Origin: Spirogloea muscicola
Lineage: Eukaryota
Direction: 5' to 3'
Assembly: GCA_009602725.1 (NCBI GenBank)
Contig: WELB01000012.1
Coordinates: 804,619 to 868,618, forward strand
Length of the DNA: 64,000 nt
The notes beneath the pieces are model-generated. The model worked only from the letters and a program-made list of their open reading frames with translations, had not been told where the DNA came from and ran no database searches. Positions 12,220 to 25,537 of this stretch are shown here, piece by piece; positions within the stretch are counted from its first letter, which is position 1; every line of letters starts with the position of its first letter. Both the position numbers and the translations under genes were made by a program.

Positions 12220-13176
12220 TCAATGTCTCCAGTTATTCCAGACGAATGAGAAGCGCTCAAGGCGGCAGCCGGCGTCTCTGTGGTAGCAGGACGTGGCCAG
12301 GGACTGCAGCGCGGCCGTCGTGCGCGGGGAGGCGCTCATAATCAGCTCTGTGGCTAGCGCCTCGGCGACACCCAGCAAGGCGCCGGCGATCACATCGAGG
12401 AAGTAGTGGCGGCCGAGGAGGACGCGGGATGTGGAGGTGGAGACTGCCCAGATGGTGGCAAACACGAAGACGAGGGGCCCATCGAGCGGCGGAGGCAGCA
12501 TGGCCGCGAGCAGCGGCCACTGGAGGAAGCAGAGGGAGGCAGTGAGGATGGTCCGCGAGGCATGGCCCGACGGGAACGACCACTTGTCCACGGACACGAC
12601 GACGTTGTGGCCTGCGGGAGCAAGGAGATGAGAGGGAGTAGGGTGAGTGGCCGGAGGTCGCGGGCTCAAACTCCGTCTATTTCGTCCTTTGGAAAGCCGG
12701 TGTCAAAATCCAAATTTCAAATGGGCAGGGCTGGCAGCGTGGCGACGTGTGATGCTGGCAACGGGTTTGCACAGCCTTGGGCTCGGGCAGCAATTGGAGT
12801 AAAGGATCTAGGGCCTGCCTGTGTTGTAGCTCGGGCGAGGCCGTCGGACGATGACCTTGATGACGCCGATGACGGCGAGGTCGACGAGGTAGGCGGCGAA
12901 GGTGAGGAAGGCGAACCAGCGCAGGCGCGGGGGCAGGCGCGGCGACTGTGGCGCCAGCCAGATGGCCAGCGGCGCCGGGATCCAGAAGCGCCCGTCGCCA
13001 GAGACCTCGAGCGCGCGCAGCACCCAGCGTGGAATGCCCTGCCCAGAACCGTCAGGGAGCAGGCCCGTCAGGCTCAGGGGAGCTCCAAGCCGCGAGCCGC
13101 AGCGAAGTGCCACCCGACTAGCGCCAGTAGCCACAGGGGGACGCGGCGGGGACAGGCGGCGTCTACTGCGGGGCAT
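12220..13176 (-). CDS. PAP2-family lipid phosphate phosphatase (LPP-beta / PLPP6-like); 5' end uncertain and may lie in the N-gap
   Basis: All three PAP2 motifs are present: KVIVRRPRP, SFPSGH and SRVLLGRHYFLD, with hydrophobic TM segments. Intron 12612-12818 has a GC donor; stop at 12220. Confidence 0.9.
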
Positions 13177-13264
13177 GAGGGGGGGATGCTTCAATGGAAA
13201 AGCGAGAACAGTGGAGGGAAGGAGGGAGGAAGGGAGGGAGGGAGGAGGGAGAGAGAGAGGGAGG

Positions 13265-13916
<652 letters not shown>

Positions 13917-13940
13917 GCCGGTGGCGGCGTCCATTGCCTC

Positions 13941-13981
<41 letters not shown>

Positions 13982-14090
13982 GCGGCGGCGGCAGTGGCCG
14001 TGGCAAGCTCTATGCTTCCCACTGGTTGACAACTGGCTCCGTTGGGAACGGGTGGCCGATGACAGAGCCGTGAACCTTGTGGCCGCCGCC

Positions 14091-17000
14091 ATGCGCGGCG
14101 GCTGGGCGGCGCTGCTGACGGCGGTGGCCGCCGTCGCCGCCGTCGCTGCCGGCCTCGCGCCGCGGGCTGCCGCGCTCACCGGCTTCGTCTCCCGGGATGA
14201 GGCCGCCGAGCTCCGCGACGAGGTCCAGGCCCGCTGGCAGCCATGACCATCTCATTGTAGTCTCCGCCGCCACTGCCGCCGCCGCCCCCCGAGCGCCGCT
14301 GACGCCGCAGCCGCGGCCGCCTGTGCCGCCGGCGCAGGTGCGCGAGATGTTCTACCACGCGTACGGGGGCTACATGGAGCACGCCTTCCCGCTGGACGAG
14401 CTCCGCCCGCAGTCGTGCACCGGCGAGGACTCGCTCGGCGGCTACTCGCTTACCCTGGTCCGCTGCCTCCGGCATGCCCTCGTTGGATCAAGCTGCAGAC
14501 TCGCTTGCATGCATGCACGGTGAGGCTCGGCAGAGTTGGTCATGCTGGCCTGCTGGTCGAGAATATCGGCCTGCACGTTAACAAGGGCCTGCAAGACGCT
14601 GCATCCCCCCGCAGGTCGATGCCATGGACACGCTTGCCCTTCTTGGCGATCACGGCGAGTTCTCCAAGGCCGTGAAGTGGATAAGCTCGCACCTTAATTT
14701 TGATCAGGTGAGTGGCTGGTTGCGCATTCCTTGGGCAGGCTTGGGCTGCATCTTTTTGAAAGACAGACCTGCCCAATGGAGATTATCGCTATGTATGCTG
14801 GCCCCCGTTGCCCCTATGCAACGTCAAGGACTTCCGTCGGTGCTGAGCATGTTGTGCTCTGTGGTATTGGCAGAACGTGACCGTCTCACTGTTCGAGACC
14901 AACATCCGCGTCCTTGGCGGGCTGCTGTCAGCGCACCTGCTTGCCAGCGACGCCGCCACTGTAAGCCCTATGCCTTGCAATCCTTGTATATTTAAGCAGG
15001 CCCACTAGAGCCCCTCTAGGCCTCTGGGCCTTGCCTGTGCTCTGATGAGTGTGAGCTGGATCTGCCCTGCAAAGCCTTGCCTTAGCTCCAAGTGGACATG
15101 TCCTTGCCTTGCTCTCGTGACCTGGACAAATGGCTTGTGTGTTACTCGTCTTGGTGGCAAGGCAGGTGAATATTACCTGCACTACTTATGCTGCCGTTGT
15201 CATTCTTAACAGGGCTTGCAGGTTGACGGCTACCATGGTGAGCTGCTTGACCTGGCTGACGACCTGGCATCAAGGCTCATGCCTGCATTTGACACGCCGA
15301 CAGGTCCTTGACACAGCCCTGTCAACACTGCATCTGAGCACCGCATATGTGCTAGTAATATGACTTGGTAGACAAATACCAAACAAGGCTTACAGCTTTG
15401 GACCGATGGCTGCCAGAAGCAAAGGGCGAGTCGGGCAAGTCACTTATGCAAAGCCTAAGAGACACTTGGCCAGCATGCAGGCATACCATATGGATCGGTG
15501 CACCTTCAGCTTGGAGTGCTTCCTAACGAGACCAAGGTAGGGGGCAGAGGTGCCTGAAGTATATGCATTTTCTTAATTGCGATCTCAAGCAAAATGATAC
15601 TTAAGAAAGCCACGCACAAGAAGCCACAATATACTTTGAGGATTGAGAGGTGTCAACCGCAGCAGACCTGATGTTTTTCATCCAGAGAGTAGCATTTGTA
15701 ACTCGCTAGACTAGAATCTCTGCCTACTTTGCCTTCATGGTTTTTGTGTCCATGCGACCAGGCAAAAGCCTTTTGCCTAGAGTCTCTGCCTATTCATGTC
15801 TTGCCAATTGTTAGGAAGGTACTTACATCTCAGAAGCCCAATGTGGGGGCGTATTTGTGCTGTATGGTGCGTCCCTTAAGGTTACGTCAACAGCAGGCGG
15901 AGGCACATTGACATTGGAATTTGGCGTCCTCAGCCGCCTGACAGGGAATTCAGGCAAGCAGCAATTCAGCTTGTGTCAGCTTGTGTGTGTTGCATGGTCA
16001 GCTTGTGAGGTGGCAACACAGGAGAAGCTTGATCAATTACTACGCTCCTCTGAAATTTGTCTTTCAGATGCTTAGCCCAGATGCCATGAGATTGCACCAA
16101 ATGCATTTGCTCTGGTTGTTCTAACAGAGCTTAGCATAGCTTGGCTTCATTGCGCCACACAGCATACGAAGAGGCTGCTCGAGACGCTGTGAGAGGTTTG
16201 TGGGCACAACGCTCCTCGCTTGGCCTTGTGGGTGCTCACATTGATGTCTTCTCTGGCGATTGGACTCACCAGGTACTCACACTCAGGCAGCCCTAAAACA
16301 ATCCGAAGCTATTCACTTGTCATTTTAGAAGTCATTGTCCTGTAGGTTTCCTCTGCAGACATGCAGATATGTGTTTATGAAAAGAGAGCTTGCGCTTCCT
16401 GTGATTATTTCGTGTCTTGCTGCAGGCAAGCAACTGCAAGCTGACCATCACCTGTTGGTCCTACCTCACTGTGACTGTGCTGCATACCTCCAATATACAA
16501 TGGATAGCTGGTGGAGAGCACTCTTGACTAACTGCAGTGGTATCAGTTGCCTGGCTGATCGTGGCGGCAGGATGCCGGGATTGGTACCAGCATCGACTCC
16601 TTCTATGAGTACCTCATCAAGGTCAGTCATAACCCCACTTTTCACATCAGCCAGGCCTGCTGCCTGGCCGATGTGAAAAGCCTGCTGCGCTGCATTCGGC
16701 AGTCAATGCGCGCAACGTTCAGCTGATAATGATTTGACCCTATGATGGAGATAAGCATGCCCGTCTCAGGCTAACCGTAATCCTTGAGTTGCAGGCGCAC
16801 ATGCTCCTTGGAGACGACGAGTACCTCCACATCTTCAAGCAGGCATACGGGGCCGTCATGGACCATCTGTATCACGACCCCTGGTCAGCACTCAACCCAA
16901 CATATACCCAGCTTGCGTGCTACTGCGAGCTGCAGCCAGAGCTGCCACTGATGTTGATGCTAATCGTGGGACCTACTTGTGCACCTTGCTGCCTCGATGT

Positions 17001-19413
17001 TCTTGCATTGGTTGTGACGACGAAGTGAAACAATCATGACTGGGGACTGGCCAGAAGTCTAATGATCAATTATTAGTTGCAGGTACTTGGAGGTCAACAT
17101 GAATAATGGCATGGTTGTCTGGCCACTATTCAACAGCCTCCAGGCCTTTTGGCCAGGACTCCAGGTCACTATCACGCCACTGGCTGTTCCATGTTATCTC
17201 GGGCGTGATTGCACAGTCTGCGCGCTCTTTTTCTTGTTGATGAGTGGAGCAACTGCAGCAACAGGCACGGGGCAATTGCTGTTAAAGTTGTTATGGTGAG
17301 CTGAAGCAAGACAACACTGAATTGGTCAGTTGAAGCAAGAGAACACTGGGACGTGGATATTCAGGCCATAGTAGGCGATGTGGAGCCAGCCGCACGCACG
17401 CACCGCGCCTTCTTCTCCGTCTGGCAGCGCTTTGGGTTTACTCCAGAGGGGTTCAATCTTGCCACTTCCAGCGTTCATGTGAGCCCCTTGCCATGCAGTG
17501 TCCTGCCAAGTCGCCCAAGGGCTCCGACTTGCACAACCTGCACAATGGGTTCGGCTAGCCAACAAGCCTCGTTGTAGAGCAATGAAGCTCTTTGGAGCAG
17601 ATTGAATGAAACGACCTAGATCATTGTCTTGTTGCTCACGTCGCAGCCTGGGCAGAACAGTTACCCCTTGAGACCGGAGCTGGCTGAAAGCACATACTGG
17701 CTTTACAAAGTGACTCGAGACCCCTGGTTAGCAGCCTACTCGTTGGCTGTTGCAGGCATATTCTTGACATTGTCTGGTTGCTAGCCTAATCCGCTGATTC
17801 ACAGACCAGAGTCCCCTCATCGCAGCGGGGCACATCAAGCATGTAGTGTTGTGGTTGAGGGAGAATGTTGACCAGTCCACATACAGTCTTGCTTATTGTC
17901 CTGCCCAACTGTGCTGTGCAGGTATCTCAGCGTTGGGCGGGACATTGTGGCCAGCTTGCAGACCTCAGCAAGATGTCCATGCGGTTTCTGCCACGTTGAG
18001 GATGTTGAGAGTCATGCATTGGCTGACCACATGGAATCCTTCTTTCTTTCTGAAACGGTCAGCTTCATGTCACTATCACCACCTGGTATACGTCCTGACT
18101 CTTGAGGCGACTTGCACAAAGTCTACCTCAGACTTCATTCAGTGTCTCTGACAACGTCTTGAGCCAATACTACACATTCATTACTCAGGGGTCAGACTCC
18201 CTTGGCTTTGACAGGTCAAATACTTGTGGTTGCTCTTCGACCTTGGTGCAGGCGGGACTAACCTTGTGGAGAGGGGTCCTTACTCGTGAGGCTCACTTGC
18301 TTTGCTACTTGTCTCCTTAAGAGCGCTGCTTGCAAGCTACGCTGCTCCTCCGCTTCCGTAGCAGATAACCTTTAGCAGATTCATTTGCAGCAAACAGTAG
18401 GAAGCGCAACTTGTCCAAGTCTACTAGCAAAGAGCAACAGTTTGACACCACTTGAAATGCCCTTCTCTTCAACCAGGTACATATTCAGCACAGAGGGCCA
18501 CCTATTTCCCATGACGCCTGAGATTTCGCTGCCCTCCGAGCGCTGCTCATATCTGGGGAGCTTCTGCCCAAGCATAGGAGACGATGTTTCCAGCTTACAC
18601 CAGATCAAAATCTCTGAGGACCAGGTTGCTGTGAATATGAGCAGCAAGGCAGCACAAATCCCTCTAACACCTGAAGGAAGGGGCAGTGATTGGTTCGTGA
18701 ATGCGCTGGAGAGGGGCGCAGATAATGCTGCGGGCAGCTGTCCCACTGGCAATGAAGAAGCGGCAAAGGAGGGTGGAGCTACGGAGGACTTTCAGGGACT
18801 GCTTGACAACGATGGGTGTCAGGCCGAGTTAGAGCCTACACTGACGGTATTTATTTGTCATACTTGTTGCACTCATTCCTCTCAGCTATACCATTTAGAC
18901 AATGCACTTGTGGCACACATCTTTGTGCAGATGTAGGCACATGTAGACCGAGTAAGATGCAGTACGCACTTCTGTTGCTCTTGAATGTGAAAGAGGATAG
19001 GTAATGTGACAGGGTAGAGCACCTTGCAGGTGCAATCTAATCACCTCTGCAAGCCTCAGCTCCAGTTTCCCTGCCATGTGCAGGGAGCCTGCGCAAAGTT
19101 GAGCTTCTGGCGTGGACTTGGTATTCACGGCGTTGTGGACAATGTGCCATCATCGCAGGCCGCTGAGAAAGCGCCCCCGCCGACTCAGGAGCCACAGCCG
19201 CAGCAGCAGCCGCAGCCAACGGCAATACTTGTGCAAGCAGGAGATGGTGCACAGCAGATTAAACTCACACAGGGGAACCTCATGCAGATGTTTCAAGCAT
19301 TCGGGGCAGGGCCAACTAGCATGGCGGCAGGTAAAGAGGCGGAGAATGGTAAGCAGGAGCAGAGCGACAAGCAGGTGGCGAAGGGCGAGGAGCTGGGCTT
19401 GGCGGCGGAGTAG
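14091..19413 (+). CDS. MNS4: GH47 EDEM-like alpha-1,2-mannosidase (ERAD), 17 exons, with signal peptide
   Basis: Exons give [146 protein letters not shown] and YIFSTEGH, followed by a plant MNS4-like C-terminal extension. Intron 15954-16162 has a GC donor. Confidence 0.95.
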
Positions 19414-20004
19414 GGTGGAGGTTGCCAGTGACAGCTCTCTCTCAAACAAGACACATTTGAGATGGCTTGGTTAACTGCCACAAAAGTGCGCTGGCAACAG
19501 CTTACAGCATTGGCTTATTCGACAAGCAGATTGCAGCAGCCCAAAAAAGTGGTCTGCTCAGTTATCATCTGCTGCATCTGAGCCGTCTGGCAGCTGCAGT
19601 AGTAGCTGCCAGCTGCCAGCTGCAGCGGCAGCAGCGTCCCCAGCTCGCTACACGTAGCGTCGCTGGCATGCAGCTTGGGCTATCGGGAGCTTCAAGTAGA
19701 GCACAAGCTCGAGGGTGCCCCTTCCAACGGTCAAGGAGATGATGGAGTTGGCTGGCCCGATTAGCAACCAGCCGACTCCAATGTAAGTCTGGCTTCCCCT
19801 CTCTGTGACGCAATTCGACAGCAGGAAGAGCACTCCAGTTTTAGGCAATGGCTGTGAGAGGCCAGCTCATAGGAATAATGTACAGGACCTGGAAGGGACG
19901 AGAGGTGCAAAGAGTACGACATCACTTGTTGTGATTCCTGCGACTGGGCGCTCTATAAACTCAAGTCAGCATGTGCAAAAGAAAGTGGAATAGGTCCATA
20001 TCGA

Positions 20005-20950
20005 TGAAAGAAGTGGCACTCCCAATGGGGGCAAGGGCTGTGAAAAGCCAGCCCGAAAAAGAATTGACAAAGGTTCGAAGAGGCCAAATAATGGAGGGGC
20101 CTAAAAAGCGCTGAGCAGCTATGAAGGGGCCTGAAGATGCTATGTCAGAATGGGGGAGATGGACCGCTCGGTAATTACGAAGTAAGGAGCCTCAAATCTG
20201 ACAGACTAGCTTCCGAAAACTATCCCCTTGACGAAAGCCTGAGGCGGCAGCGATAGCACGGCCAGCACGCAGATGCAAGGCGTGGGCCATGGACCGCTGA
20301 AGGGAGACGGACAATCGCATACGATATATCTGAGCCCACGAGCCAGCGGCGTTGAAGTCAGCCGGCTCCCCGCGCCTGCGAGACACAGCGCGCCGCGCAA
20401 GCCTGGCCAGCAGGTCGAGCCACTGGGACCCGAGAGCCCCGTGCACGTCCATCGACAGCAAATGGCTGGGGGAGGGCAGCCCGAAGGAATGGACAAGGTC
20501 TGAGGCGAGCTTCTTCCAGAGCGCAGAGGGCACCAGTTGACCAGTTCGGAGCCGCCGCCTCACTCTGGATGCCCTCTTCTCGACGAGTGTTTGGGGTGAG
20601 CTCTCAACTTGTCCCTTGTTCACTCCTTTTCGGGCTGGCTCTTTCCAGCGGTGAGCCGGCTGACTTCAACGCCGCTGGCTCGTGGGCTCAGGTGTATCGT
20701 ATGCGCTTGTCCGTCTCCCTCCAGCGGTCCATGGCCCACGGCTTGCATCTGCGTGCTGGCCGTGCTCTCGCTGCGGCCTCCGGCTTTCGTCAGGGGGATA
20801 GTTTACCGGCAGCTAGTCTGTCGGATGTGAGGCTCCTCACTCGTAACTACTAAGTGGTCCATCCTCCCCCGTTCTGCCATAGCCTCTTCAGGCCCCGCAG
20901 TCGCTGCTTAGCTCGTAGTTTGGCCCCTTCGAACCTTGTCAATTCTTTTC
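20005..20950. mobile_element. Two 5'-truncated CRE-like non-LTR copies (subfamily A) in inverted orientation, with short fragments between them
   Basis: The minus copy at about 20005-20460 encodes MDVHGALGSQWLDLLARLARRAVSRR...RMRLSVSLQRSMAHAL. The plus copy at about 20645-20950 encodes FNAAGSWAQVYRMRLSVSLQRSMAHGL...LLTRNY*. Their 3' UTRs are homologous. Confidence 0.85.
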
Positions 20951-21468
20951 NNNNNNNNNNNNNNNNNNNNNNNNNNNNNNNNNNNNNNNNNNNNNNNNNN
21001 NNNNNNNNNNNNNNNNNNNNNNNNNNNNNNNNNNNNNNNNNNNNNNNNNNNNNNNNNNNNNNNNNNNNNNNNNNNNNNNNNNNNNNNNNNNNNNNNNNNN
21101 NNNNNNNNNNNNNNNNNNNNNNNNNNNNNNNNNNNNNNNNNNNNNNNNNNNNNNNNNNNNNNNNNNNNNNNNNNNNNNNNNNNNNNNNNNNNNNNNNNNN
21201 NNNNNNNNNNNNNNNNNNNNNNNNNNNNNNNNNNNNNNNNNNNNNNNNNNNNNNNNNNNNNNNNNNNNNNNNNNNNNNNNNNNNNNNNNNNNNNNNNNNN
21301 NNNNNNNNNNNNNNNNNNNNNNNNNNNNNNNNNNNNNNNNNNNNNNNNGCCGCCGCCTCTTGCGGCGGCCCGCGCGGTGGACTCCGGTGCCGCCGCCTGT
21401 GAGTCGCCCTCACCACGGCGAGAGCATGGCAGCTGCCACCGCGTGGCCGCCGTGCCCCGTGGCCAGCC

Positions 21469-23669
21469 ATGGCCGTCGGCGACGGCCCGGCGCTCACGCC
21501 GCGCTCGTCTGCCGGCGACGCGGGCGCAGCGGCGGGCAATGGCACTCCCGCCGCGGGCGCCACCACAGCTCGGGGCTCGCTCGTCATCTCCAACCTGCCG
21601 GAGGGCGCGACGGCCGACGACCTCGCCGGCATGATCAGCGAGGTCGGCGCCATCGAGGTGCCTCCTCCTCTCCCTGGAATCGAACCTGGCCACTAAGAGT
21701 GTGAGACTCGTCGAGTAGGGGGCGACGGCTGTGAATGGGCAGCCCAGTGGAAAAGGCCGAATTGCAAAGGGGCCAGAAAAGCGTCAAGAGCACACAGCCA
21801 CTCCAGTGGCCGAGAATCGGGCATTGGCTTTCGTTGCCTAATGCCAGTCTGCTCGCTGCAAGCGGGGGCGGCTCTGCTTGCATGGGGGCTGCTCTTCCTC
21901 CCCTCATCTGACTCCCTGTTGCTGACACGGTGTTACTAAGAGTGCCCCGTCTGCCTAGCCTGTGGCTCCGCTAACGTTGCGAACACCCTCTGCATGCACC
22001 TGGCTGGCTTTCACAGCCGCTCTTCTACCAATCAGCAGTTGCATTCGTCTTTGCGCCCAGGTGGACGCCGGGACGGGGCGGCCGCTTGTGACAGTCCGGC
22101 GGAATCGCAAGACGGGCACCCACGAGGCCGAGGTCGTGCTGCGCCGTGCGCACTCGGCCGCGCAGCTCGTCAAGTGGTTCAACGGTGAGCAGCGGCGCCG
22201 TCCGCCCACAGCCCACATCAGGCTGGGGCCTTTGTGAAGGTTTTGCACTGTGGAATGACACAATGTGCTCTACTGGGTGCCGCTGCCGCTCGTTTCCTTG
22301 CAGGGTATAACTTCAAGGGCAGCACGATCTCGGTGGCAGTCGGGAAGCTGCCGGTGCAGGAGGAGGAGGCGGAGGCGCCGGAGGAGAGGGAGCGGGCGAG
22401 GGAGGGGGGGAGGGAGGGTGAGAGGAGGAGGGAGGAGGAGAGGGAGGGGGGGGCGGAGGTGCAGCCAGAGAGGAAGTGGGAGGAGAGGGAGAGGGAGAGG
22501 GAGAAGGAGCAGGAGAGGGGGCGGGACAGAGAGCGGCCTCGCAGCAGCGAGTTCGACCGACAGAACTCCTCGCCAGGCCGGACCGACCTGCCGCGAGGAG
22601 AGCGTGACAGGCACGCCGGCAGTTGGGACGCCGACTTGCCCCGCGCGCGGGACGGCGGCAGCTTGGGAAGCTACCACCGCGACCGCAGCAAGGGCCGGCG
22701 GAGCACGGGCTTCTCGGACCAGGCGCCGCCGGGCTATGTGCCGCTTCCGCAGCTCCAGGGCGCGGTTGAGTATGCAGCTAGCAGGGGGTTGTCGCCATCG
22801 GCTGCACCGAGCTACCCGAGGGCTGCGGATGGTTACAGCAGGAATGGTGGCGTGTACGGCAACGCCCGCAGCACTGGCAGCGGCAGCTTCGGTGGGCCGG
22901 GCGGCGGGTACATGCCGCTGCAGCGCGGTGGAGCTGGTGGCGGCGGCGGCGGCGACGGCGGATTCCGTCGGAACAACCCCAATGTGGAGCCGCGAGAGGG
23001 TGACTGGATCTGCACAAATCCCACGTACGCAGCCCATGCCCCCGCAACCCTTGTGCACATGTGCTGTTATCTCCAAAGCTTCAATTACATGCATGATAAG
23101 TCAGATCGTCACTCTTCTTGTGTGCCAGAGCAAGTGTTATGCCGCAAGCATAGGCGCCGTGTGTCACTAGCTAAAGCTGTGCTGCAAGCAACATGTGCAG
23201 GTGCGGAAATCTCAATTTTGCGCGGCGTGCGTACTGCAACAACTGCATGCAACCACGAGCAGCCGCGGCTGCGGCGGCAGCGGCGGCGGCAGCGTCGTCC
23301 CCACTTGGGCACGCCGTCGGCATGCATGGCCTGCAACCACCGGGCCCAGCCTTTGGGATGGCTGGCGTCGGCGCCGGCAGCGGTGGCGGCTGGGGCGACG
23401 ACCCCATGGCGATGGGGGCCCGTTACCGAGACTTGATGTATGAGGACCGCAGTGGCGGTGGCACTCATCAATTCGCAATGGGAGTTCGCAATGCCGACCG
23501 AGGCAGAGACCGATATGAAGAACGGTACAGGGATGACAGACACCGGGATGATATGGCTGGCGCTATGTGGGGCGAGCGGCGGCCTTCGCCGGGTCGGTCT
23601 AGAGGACTGGACCATGTGCGGAGCCGCTCGCCGCCCCTTCGAGGTCCTTTGCGGGATTATCGCCGCTAA
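21469..23669 (+). CDS. FET/TAF15-like RNA-binding protein (divergent RRM, low-complexity region, RanBP2-type zinc finger), 4 exons
   Basis: SLVISNLPEGATADDLAGMISEVGAIE|VDAGTGRPLV...AAQLVKWFN|GYNFKGSTISV resembles the TAF15/FUS RRM. NNPNVEPREGDWICTNPT|CGNLNFARRAYCNNC is a RanBP2 finger. The tail is RD/RS-rich. The start is uncertain because of the adjacent gap. Confidence 0.85.
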
Positions 23670-25537
23670 CAGCGAGCAAACTGCGCAGCAAATCATGAGA
23701 CTTTTGTATTTCTCATCTGCACACTTACTCGCATCTTGGTCTGGGAGGCCAATCTGGCCGCGTGTGTAATGTTGGAGTCGACATGTGCAACATGCTCATT
23801 GCATACAACCGCTTTAGCAAGTGCACATTGATGTACATCAGACCACTGAGCTGGGCCCCTAGAAAGTCCACTTTCAACGGGATTTGGATCGTCCTTACTT
23901 GGCTCCATCATCTGTGGCATAGCAAGCTGTGGCAGCCAGTCTTGCCTTAACCGTCTTCTGATACTTACTACTGCTTCTGAAAGTCATCGCAAGCAAAGCT
24001 TTTGATGCCAGTGCCACCGATCGTTCAGGGTTTCGGAGGTCTATACACTTGGCCAGCCTCACTGTGTGGCAGATTGCGCGATGTCGGCCATTTCCATAGC
24101 TTCTTGGCTAATTGCCACAAATTCGCCTCCACCATATCGGGCCAAGCTGTGCACCGTCTGTGAGCTCCAGCGGTTGTCAACATCTTCTTTGCCCGAACTG
24201 ATAATGAGCTTCTTTCAATCTCCATACAGCAACTGGTGCTCATGCATGCTGGCACCTCTGGTTCTCTTTTGTGGACAAGCTTTTACAGCCCTTCCCCTTA
24301 ATTAGAGCTGCTTCATTGGCCGCTTATATGTGTACGTCAGGAATCATTCATCACTGATGCCAGTCAGCTTCGGTGGGTACTTGTATGTAGCATCTGCAAT
24401 AAGAGAAAGCTCAAAGACCACAATACCCAAGTATACGAGCCTATCACATTGCTAGGCAAAACTGCCAGATATGTTTAGTAAGCCACTTCTTGCATGGCTG
24501 GTGCAACTGCAGGGTAGGGCAAACTGCTTCACTGATGGAGGAAAAATTTATCGGGGAGCTTGCTTTCTCTGTGTTGACATGTCACAAAGGATGGACATGT
24601 GATGCGAAGACTTGTGTCTACTCTTCTGGCAATTGCCATCATCTGTCAGGAACTGTCGTCTGATAGTCACTGCCCCTTATTGCTACAAGATCTTGACCGT
24701 TGTAAATAGTATTGGCCGCAATCCTCTACCACAGCACAGGGCTTTCGAAGACAAACTGTGCATGGGGCTGACTTGCCACCAAGCCGGTGGCATATCGCAT
24801 GAAACACTTGCGCCAAGCCCCTGGCTAAATGCCAAAGGTTCGTTGAACATGACACATCCTTGAAGCATTTCGGGAAAATACCTGAGCTGATTAGCCTAAG
24901 TACAGGGGTCCTTGAAAGCCAAACAGTTGGATAGTGAATCATATCAATAGGCCAACTTTTCGAAGTAAGGCTCAATGCATGTCCATAAGAGCTGATGCGT
25001 GCACAAAACAAGGCCGTAGATTGAGAGGAGCACATATGCTCAAAGTGCACTTTGTGCAGCTTCTCGTACATATCACCTTTGCGTAGCTACCAACAGACCT
25101 GTGCTCTTTTCAAAACTGGCAAATGCTATGGGCCCTTGGGTGTCAAGGTACTGTACACTGCCCCACATCGCAGAGCGTCCTGGACGCCCCGCATTCACAG
25201 TCAGAGCTGTGGTGCTCAGCTTCAGTGTTGATAAGCGTATCCACTACCAGATAAGTTGGAGGATCCTATTCCTCCCACATAGCTGCTCTCTGTTGAGAGT
25301 GAGCTAACCAAGGAGCGTAGGAACAAAGAAAGTGCCTCAGTCAGGCGCTCTGTACAAGTGTCCGCGCAGTCGCCGTGCTTGCATGGCGTCACCGAGTGAG
25401 CGAGCCAAGCCTCACAACCAGGGATCTCCTAAGGAGAGGCAACAAACGTCAATACGTAGAGGCATTGTGGCCGATGACAAGCCACGCCCCTAAACCCCCT
25501 CTGTAGTACGTCAAACCAGACTCGCGGGGCGTGTATC

